The notes below the pieces were generated by a model. That model did no database searches. It was not told where the DNA came from and saw only the letters and a program-made list of their open reading frames with translations. A stretch of 43,995 bases of DNA from an uncultured Candidatus Altimarinota bacterium (GTDB lineage Bacteria; Patescibacteriota; Gracilibacteria; BD1-5; UBA2023): positions 1 to 43,995 of the forward strand of contig CALHQS010000055.1 in assembly GCA_938036655.1 (NCBI GenBank). The letters are read 5' to 3'. The translations under genes and the position numbers were made by a program. How positions within the stretch are numbered: the first letter of the stretch is position 1; every line of letters begins with the position of its first letter. This document shows, piece by piece, positions 37,501 through 43,995 of this stretch.

Positions 37501-39090
37501 TTATTTTTCATCAGATTTTTTCTCAGATTGTGCTTGCTTCATAAATGGGAAATACTGCACTTCACGAATTGGCTTTCCTTCCAAGAATGCAAAAAGTCGC
37601 TCACCAAAGCCAAAACCACAAGTTGGCGGCATTCCGTGTTCCAACATTTCGATAAATTCCCAATCTGGCATCATCGCTTCATCATCACCACCTTCGAGCA
37701 TTTCTTGTTGTTTTTCAAAACGCTCACGCTGGTCGATTGGATCATTCAATTCGCTGTAACCATTCCCCACTTCTGAACCTGCAATGATTGGTTGGAATCG
37801 TTCCACTTTTCCTGGGAATTTTTCTGAAACCTTGGCGAGTGGCGAAATCAATTCTGGATGATTCACCAAAAAAGCTGGTCCAGCAATCTGTTTACGCACA
37901 TATTTCCAGAGCGTATCAGTCAATCGTTCACGATTAGTTCCTTCGTATTTTACACCCAATTCCTCAAGCTTGTGGCGCATTTCGTCATCAGTCGCTGTCA
38001 AAAGATTAATCCCAGTGCGTTCTTCTACCGCTGTCAAATAGTCAATTCGTGGCCATTCTCCGGCAAGATCGAATTCAAGACCCTTATGAGAAAATTTGGT
38101 TGTTCCATACACAGATTTTGCGATATGTTGGTACAATCCCTGCACAAAGCGCATTCCATCCTCATAATCAGCATACGCCCAATAAAATTCGAGATTCGTA
38201 AATTCTTGCAGATGGTCTGGGCTTGACCCTTCATTTCGGTACGCACGACCAATTTCAAAAGTTTTTGGAAAGCCTCCGGCCATCAATCTTTTTTGCCACA
38301 ATTCTCCGATAGAAATTCGCAAAAATACGTCTACATCATAGTCGTTGTGATGCGTTGCAAATGGGCGCGCCTCTGCCCCACCCGTTGTATGTTCAAGCGT
38401 TGGCGTTTCCACTTCCAAAAATCCGTGCTGCTTCAAATATTCTCGCGTTGCATCCCAGAATTTTGACTTTCGCACAAACATGGCGCGCAACTCATCGTCA
38501 GTCGCCATATCAAGATATCGCTTGCGGTAGCGCTCTTCATCACTTTCAATTCCGTGGAATTTTTCTGGAAGCGGCCGAATCGCTTTCGTCAAAAATGAAA
38601 ATTCTTCTGCAAAAATCGTCAATTCCCCCTTGTGTGTATAAAATAATTCTCCGCGCACACCGATAAAATCTCCCATATCCACGAGCTTTTCTGCAAATTT
38701 GTACGCAGACATTTCTTCGTTTTCAGAATTTTTGAGAATTTCGAGCGATTGTCCTCCAACGCGAATTTTACAATTTTCACGAGAAAAAAGAATTTGAATT
38801 TTTCCCGTTCCATCGTTAATGGTAGCAAAACAAATTTTCCCAAAACTTCGGTGCAACATCACGCGACCAGCCACAGAAAATTCTGATTTTGGTGACGCCA
38901 CAACATCAGTCACATCGCGAAGTGGACTCGTCTCGCCTTCATCCAATGATGATTTAAATTTTTCAAGAATTTGTGCAATTTGATGATTGGCATCAAATTT
39001 TGTTGCAAATGGATTCACGCCAAAATCCTTAATTTTTTCCAGTTTTTTGATACGATCAAGCGTTTCGTTTGAATAATTTGGTGTTGTCAT
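37501..39090 (-). CDS. lysS: Lysine--tRNA ligase, class II
   Basis: Full 529-aa ORF. OB-fold N-domain, class II motifs (FLEVETP, YRNEGSSPDHLQEFTNLE, GFGFGERL). Confidence 0.95.
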   Translation of the reverse strand: MTTPNYSNETLDRIKKLEKIKDFGVNPFATKFDANHQIAQILEKFKSSLDEGETSPLRDVTDVVASPKSEFSVAGRVMLHRSFGKICFATINDGTGKIQILFSRENCKIRVGGQSLEILKNSENEEMSAYKFAEKLVDMGDFIGVRGELFYTHKGELTIFAEEFSFLTKAIRPLPEKFHGIESDEERYRKRYLDMATDDELRAMFVRKSKFWDATREYLKQHGFLEVETPTLEHTTGGAEARPFATHHNDYDVDVFLRISIGELWQKRLMAGGFPKTFEIGRAYRNEGSSPDHLQEFTNLEFYWAYADYEDGMRFVQGLYQHIAKSVYGTTKFSHKGLEFDLAGEWPRIDYLTAVEERTGINLLTATDDEMRHKLEELGVKYEGTNRERLTDTLWKYVRKQIAGPAFLVNHPELISPLAKVSEKFPGKVERFQPIIAGSEVGNGYSELNDPIDQRERFEKQQEMLEGGDDEAMMPDWEFIEMLEHGMPPTCGFGFGERLFAFLEGKPIREVQYFPFMKQAQSEKKSDEK

Positions 39091-39297
39091 AAAAATTTTT
39101 AAAACAATTCAACTATAATGAATTTTAAGGGAAAATCAAGGGGAAATTTTGAACAATCACAAAAAATCTGAAAAAAATTTTCTACCCAAAAAAAATTCCA
39201 AGAAAAAAGAAAAAATTTGCGTTTTTATTTTGCTTTTTTGAAAAATTTGTATATATTGGAAAATAGCCTTTTTAACAGAATTCTTAACAGAAAAAAT

Positions 39298-40662
39298 ATG
39301 AATATTCCAAACAGAGTGAAGGGTACGCAGGATATTTTTGGTGAGTACCAGCGATATTTCACATTTCTCAAAAAACTCGCGCGACACGAATTCCGAACGA
39401 ACGGATTTACGCGCATTTCAACACCAATTTTGGAACACACAGACCTCATCGCGCGATCAAGCGGTGCGTCAAGTGATGTTGTTTCCAAAGAAATGTACGA
39501 AATGACCGACAAAGGCGGGCGTTCGCTCGTGATGAAGCCAGAGGGAACGGCTGGTGTGATGCGCGCATATCTCGAACATATGCTCGATGAACCACAGCCT
39601 GTGTATCTGTATTACATTGAACCACATTTTCGATACGATCGCCCGCAGAAAGGTCGATATCGTCAGTTTCATCAGATTGGTGGAGAAATCATCGGCGAAG
39701 AAGATCCAATTTTGGATGCCAAAATGATTCACATCATGAAAAATCTCATGGATTCTGCGGGACTTGCTGGCACTTATACGATCAAAATCAATTCTCTTGG
39801 CGTAGAAAAAGAACGCGAAAAATATCTCATCGAATTGCAGTCATTTTTTGAAGGACGTAAACATTTGCTCGATGAAACAGATTTGCACCGACTCGCGACA
39901 AATCCACTTCGAATTTTGGATTCCAAAAATCCTGATGTTCAAGAACTTCTCAAAATCGCTCCAAAAATTACTGATTTTCTCAAGGGAGATTCGAAAAAAT
40001 TTTATGAAAGTGTGAAAGAATATTTGACAATTCTTGGCGTAGAATTTATAGAAGATCCGACGCTCGTTCGTGGTTTGGATTATTATTCTCACACGGTTTG
40101 GGAATTTGTAGACGGATCTGGGCGCACGCAGGACGCCTTTGGTGGTGGTGGGCGCTATAATTCGCTCGCAAAATCTATCGGCTACAAAAATGAAGTTCCA
40201 GCCGTTGGGTTTGCGCTCGGTGTGGAACGACTCATTGAAGCCATGATGGCACACGGTGTAAAACTCAAAAACAAAGATTCTATTCACCTCTATATCGTGC
40301 AACTTGGTGACGACGCGAAAAAACTTGCACTTCCTCTCAATCTCGAATCCCGAAAAAAAGGCATCAATTCTCTTTTGTCGCTCGGAACGCCATCTATCAA
40401 AGTTCAACTCAAAAAAGCCAATCGCGTGGGTGCTCGATTTGTGGCAATTATCGGCATTATGGAAGCCAAAAAAGGCGTTTGTCAACTCAAAGATATGGAA
40501 AAAGGAACGCAGGAAGAATGTCATCTTGACGATGTGATTCATCGCGTAGTAGAGGCTATCGGAACGGAAAATCTTTCTTTTTATCATCCATCATTTGACT
40601 GGGTGATTGAACCACCAAAAATGGAAGAAAATCCTGAAAATCCAGAAAATATCACGGAATAA
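39298..40662 (+). CDS. hisS: Histidine--tRNA ligase
   Basis: MNIPNRVKGTQDIFGEY..., YYIEPHFRYDRPQKGRYRQFHQIG, GGGGRYNSL, and a C-terminal anticodon-binding domain. The ATG at 39298 is preferred over the longer track ORF. Confidence 0.93.
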   Translation: MNIPNRVKGTQDIFGEYQRYFTFLKKLARHEFRTNGFTRISTPILEHTDLIARSSGASSDVVSKEMYEMTDKGGRSLVMKPEGTAGVMRAYLEHMLDEPQPVYLYYIEPHFRYDRPQKGRYRQFHQIGGEIIGEEDPILDAKMIHIMKNLMDSAGLAGTYTIKINSLGVEKEREKYLIELQSFFEGRKHLLDETDLHRLATNPLRILDSKNPDVQELLKIAPKITDFLKGDSKKFYESVKEYLTILGVEFIEDPTLVRGLDYYSHTVWEFVDGSGRTQDAFGGGGRYNSLAKSIGYKNEVPAVGFALGVERLIEAMMAHGVKLKNKDSIHLYIVQLGDDAKKLALPLNLESRKKGINSLLSLGTPSIKVQLKKANRVGARFVAIIGIMEAKKGVCQLKDMEKGTQEECHLDDVIHRVVEAIGTENLSFYHPSFDWVIEPPKMEENPENPENITE

Positions 40663-40664
40663 AA

Positions 40665-40687
40665 ATCCTCATTTCGAGGATTTTTTG
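40665..40687 (+). terminator. hisS terminator atcctc-atttc-gaggat plus T-run
   Basis: Starts 3 nt after the TAA. Confidence 0.7.
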
Positions 40688-40879
40688 TTTTTGAAAAATT
40701 TAGAAAATAAAAAAATTCCCCTTGCGGGGAATCTGAAAACCGAAGTTTTCTCAATTGACCGAACGGCATTGGTCGTGCACTATTATAGTGATTTTTTAAA
40801 AAAGTCAAAAGAAAAAATTGGCTTGCAAATCGGCTTCAAAATTTTATAATGGCAATAATATTTTCTAAATTTTTTGCCT

Positions 40880-42700
40880 ATGTGTGGTGTTTTTGGATAT
40901 ATTGGACAATCTGGAAAAGCCTCAAGTGAGGTTCTTGCAGGTTTGCAGCGGCTCGAATATCGCGGTTATGATAGCGCAGGACTTTGCGTTCTCAATCACG
41001 ACAAATCTTTGCAAATTATTAAATCTGTTGGAAAAGTTGGCAATCTCAAAGTAAAAACTGAAAGTTATGAGCTCGGTTCATATCACATCGGAATCGGCCA
41101 CACGCGCTGGGCAACGCACGGAGGCGTAACGGAGGCAAATTGTCATCCGCATTATTCTCATTCTGAGCGTTTTATCGTGATTCATAACGGAATTATTGAG
41201 AATTATGCCGAACTCAAAAAAGAACTTTCAGCAAAATATGATTTTTATTCTGAAACAGACACAGAAGTTGCAGTAAAACTTTTTGAAGATTTGTGTGATG
41301 GTGATCACATCGCAACGCTTCTCAAACTCAAAGAAAAAATCCACGGCGCATATGGGCTCGTATTTTTGGATCGCGAAAATCCTGATATGCTTTTTGGCGT
41401 GAAAAAATGATCACCAATGGTACTCGGATTTGGTGGCAATGAAAAATTTATTTCATCAGATTATCGCGCGCTCATCGGACTCATTGAGGATTATATTATT
41501 TTGGAAGACGGCGATGTTTTCATGATGACGCCGATAGATTATACGATTATTTCAGAAAATCCGAATGAAATCCGCACCAAAATGCAGATTGATGAAACAG
41601 AAAAACAGGCGGAATTGGGTGATTTTGAACATTTTATGCTCAAAGAAATTTTTGATCAGGGAGCGGTGATTCGCGATGTTTTCCGTGGGCGCGTAGATTT
41701 TGAAAACGCGAGCCTACATTCTGAAACACTCAACGAAATTGCGCCGAAAAATTTTGAAAAAATCACGATTGTCGCATCAGGAACAAGTTATCACGCGGGG
41801 CTTATGGGAAAATATTATTTGGAAGAATTGGCGGATATTCCGACTGATGTGATTGTTTCGGCTGAATTTAAGTACAAGAAAAAATTTATTGATGACAAAA
41901 CGCTTTTTGTGTTTGTTTCACAATCGGGCGAAACAGCCGATGCGCTCGATTCGCTCAAAATCGTAAAAGAACAAGGTGGAAATGTCTTCGGAATCGTCAA
42001 TGTGCCAGGATCGGCTATTGCACGAACGACGGGACAAGGCCTCTACACGCGAGCAGGCATTGAAGTGGGAGTTGCCTCAACAAAAGCATTTACAACACAA
42101 GTCGTGACATTTTTGATCATGGCACTTCACCTCGGAAAACGCCGAAATCTCGACTATCGTCGATACCGAGAAATTCTTTCTGGACTTGAAAAATTACCAG
42201 ACGCTATTGAAAAAATTTTGGAGAAAAAATCTGAAATCCAAAAAGTTGCCAACAATTTTGCGCATTACAAAAATTTCTTTTTCTTGGGTCGCGGTGCAGA
42301 ATTGCCAATCGCGATGGAGGGCTCGCTCAAGCTCAAAGAAATCAGTTATATTCATTCAGAAGCATATGCATCAGGCGAGCTCAAGCACGGCTCAATTGCA
42401 CTCATCGATCATGATTTTCCGACGATTATGGTGAATGGAAAAACTTCATTATACGAGAAAAATATTTCGAGTGTACAAGAAATCAAAGCACGCGATGGGC
42501 AAGTAATTGGCGTAGTGGCGAGCGATGATCCAAAAAAAGATATGTACGATGCGGTGATGACTTTTGATTCTATCCAGAGCGATGTAGATCCAATTTTGGA
42601 AGTGGTGATTTTGCAATTATTTTCATATTTTGTAGCGCTTCATCTGGATCGAGAAATCGACAAACCGAGAAATTTGGCAAAATCTGTGACGGTGGAGTAG
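40880..42700 (+). CDS. glmS: Glutamine--fructose-6-phosphate aminotransferase (isomerizing)
   Basis: MCGVFGYIG (N-terminal Cys nucleophile), GHTRWATHG, GVKK[TGA]SPMVLGFG (consensus ..GSPL.iG.G), two SIS domains, C-terminal LAKSVTVE. Confidence 0.95.
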
Positions 42701-42714
42701 GAAAATTTATAAAA

Positions 42715-42744
42715 AATAAAATCCCTTAAAATAGGGATTTTATT
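42715..42744. terminator. Bidirectional terminator atccct-taaaat-agggat
   Basis: Between the glmS TAG (42698-42700) and the convergent TAA (42740-42742). Confidence 0.6.
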
Positions 42745-43066
42745 TTATCTCACAAAGATTTGTAATTAGATAATTTTTACAAACACAGGGATTATCATTG
42801 TATTCCCATACATGAAAGGCTGATGATATAATTTCTTGTTTTTTTGGTTGAAAAGACTTATTAACACAACTTGCAGCAAATCACAAGCAATCGTCTTCAG
42901 CTTGACAAGAACGAACAGTTGGAATTTGCAAAGGGGAATAACCATTATTAAGACTAAAATCTGAATACCAAATAAGAGACATGAAAATAAGTATTCCTAA
43001 TAATAGAAATACTATTATTTTTTGAAAAACGGAAATTTTTTTATTGCTGGAAGATAGCATAATCAT
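42740..43066 (-). CDS. Small secreted 6-Cys protein, copy 1 (108 aa)
   Basis: Track ORF 42881..43066 continues through a sense TGA. Signal/anchor KIIVFLLLGILIFMSLIW, then C-x5-C-x6-C-x26-C-x-C-x8-C (SCQAEDDCL[TGA]FAASC...PCVCKNYLITNLC). Confidence 0.55.
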
Positions 43067-43077
43067 ATCAGTAATGA

Positions 43078-43254
43078 CTATTTAAAATATCAATAGGTTT
43101 TACAATATTTCATCCATCACTGTCAATATCCCATTGCATTGCAAATACTTAAACGAGACATAGCTTGTGCCATCATATCAGAATATGGTCGATTCAAAAG
43201 CATTGTATTGACATAACTTGTAAGAAAATTTTTATTTGTAGTGTTCAAAGACAT
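43078..43254 (-). CDS. Mini-protein a (58 aa) ending ...ICNAMGY[TGA]Q[TGA]WMKYCKTY[TGA]YFK
   Basis: ATG at 43252-43254 to TAG at 43078-43080, with three sense TGAs. Shares the motif IC-x(1-3)-[FY]G-x-GWM-x-YC with mini-protein b. Absent from the standard-code track. Confidence 0.4.
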
Positions 43255-43327
43255 TTTTTTAACTACAATTTTATCGTATTTTCTTCATTTTGCTTGTAAA
43301 AAATCAAGAATCCCTATTTATGGGGTT

Positions 43328-43606
43328 TTATTTTCATATGCAATGATGAAATACACATTGACATTCTATATCATAGTTTATTAGAACTTGCGTAAGTCAA
43401 TGCTTTAATCATCCATCATAATTTTTGTTAATGCAAATATTATTATATTCTCGAGCCACACACTGATCATCTGCTTGACAAGAAAATTTTTCACTATAGT
43501 ATCATACATCAAATATAGAATAATAATTACTTCATCCTAATGATAACCATCATAAAATTACAATTATTAATATAGTAGTGCTTATAATGAGTAGTTTTTT
43601 AATCAT
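43328..43606 (-). CDS. Small secreted 6-Cys protein, copy 2 (92 aa)
   Basis: MIKKLLIISTTILIIVIL signal/anchor, six sense TGAs, framework C-x5-C-x8-C-x23-C-x-C-x4-C (SCQADDQC...ECQCVFHHC). Promoter-like TTGACA-N17-GATACT upstream. Confidence 0.55.
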
Positions 43607-43647
43607 ATTATAAGTCGTAGTATCTCACTTTGCCATATATTTGTCAA

Positions 43648-43731
43648 TTAATTAAATCCACAGGCCAAACAATAAATCATCCATCCATGTCCAAATCAAC
43701 AAATCTTACTCAATTCAAATAAGCTAACCAT
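43648..43731 (-). CDS. Mini-protein b (27 aa): MVSLFELSKIC[TGA]FGHGWMIYCLACGFN
   Basis: ATG at 43729-43731 to TAA at 43648-43650. C-terminal motif paralogous to mini-protein a. Confidence 0.35.
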
Positions 43732-43761
43732 ATTGATTGGGAATAATAAATTTTATTGGTA

Positions 43762-43995
43762 CTATTTTTTGTTACATATATAAAAAGAACATTGACAAGG
43801 AGGATTGTCGAGTATATATGGTTCAAATCATTTGAAATTTTTATATTCAATATTTCAACATGCATCATGATGTTCTGAATATTTACATTGATAATCTTCT
43901 AAACATCATATTTGTCTATGGGGTGCTAGTATTTCAATGTCATGGAAAAATTTGAAATACGCAGCTAGTAATAGAATTAAAATAAGAAATATTAT
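43762..43995 (-). CDS. Small secreted 6-Cys protein, copy 3 (5' end beyond the window)
   Basis: ...IIFLILILLLAAYF anchor, then [TGA]CLEDYQCKYSEHHDAC[TGA]NIEYKNFK[TGA]FEPYILDNPPCQCSFYICNKK followed by TAG. Framework C-x5-C-x8-C-x20-C-x-C-x4-C. Confidence 0.5.

Noticed and set aside
39091-39297. T-box leader between the divergent lysS and hisS genes.
   Set aside because: There is no specifier-loop or T-box (AATTAGGGTGGTACCGCG-like) sequence and no terminator/antiterminator pair. The region is low-complexity A/T.
40663-40879. glmS ribozyme in the glmS 5' region.
   Set aside because: The leader is short, AT-rich and lacks the conserved ribozyme core. Only two terminators and a TTGCAA-N16-TATAAT promoter are visible.
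1-43995. Mobile elements or a prophage (transposase, integrase, att-like repeats) explaining the compositional islands.
   Set aside because: No recognisable transposase, integrase or recombinase ORF appears in any frame under code 11 or 25. No terminal inverted repeats were found flanking the surface-protein gene or the membrane-cassette island.

Overview
AT-rich bacterial chromosome segment that reads correctly only under genetic code 25 (UGA = Gly). In-frame TGA codons fall on invariant glycines of UvrC, RsmA/KsgA, PNPase, GlmS and Tex, so the source is most likely a Gracilibacteria/Absconditabacteria (BD1-5/SR1)-type CPR bacterium. Many ORFs in the standard-code track are therefore fragments of longer genes, and I re-joined them. 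Housekeeping content: tex, rsmA, gatB, uvrC, an M16 peptidase, xth, tRNA-Gly(GCC), pnp, ric/ytfE, lysS, hisS, glmS. Accessory content worth a second look: (1) a 10-repeat CRISPR array whose minus-strand repeat ends in the Cas12a (type V-A) crRNA handle, with no cas gene anywhere in the window; (2) beside it, a visibly GC-richer 1294-aa secreted beta-helix/G5 surface protein of Gram-positive style; (3) a roughly 6.5-kb plus-strand operon led by a Fur-family regulator, with a second fur paralog just upstream. It encodes a fold-type III PLP decarboxylase, an unknown protein, a CysK/SbnA-like enzyme fused to rhodanese, a periplasmic-domain-NicO permease, a COG0523 GTPase and a thioredoxin-like protein (candidate metal-starvation or metallophore island); (4) four self-contained small membrane-protein cassettes with strong Shine-Dalgarno sites, two of which end in TGA; (5) three tandem homologous structured RNAs between pnp and ric, each with its own promoter and terminator, sharing a long-range helix that covaries; (6) a tandem array of small 6-Cys secreted proteins interleaved with GxGWMxYC mini-peptides, invisible in the standard-code track. 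uvrC has a frameshift, a DJ-1/PfpI gene has an in-frame TAA, and one small membrane gene may be frameshifted. These are either real decay or homopolymer or point assembly errors. No transposase, integrase or rRNA was seen.
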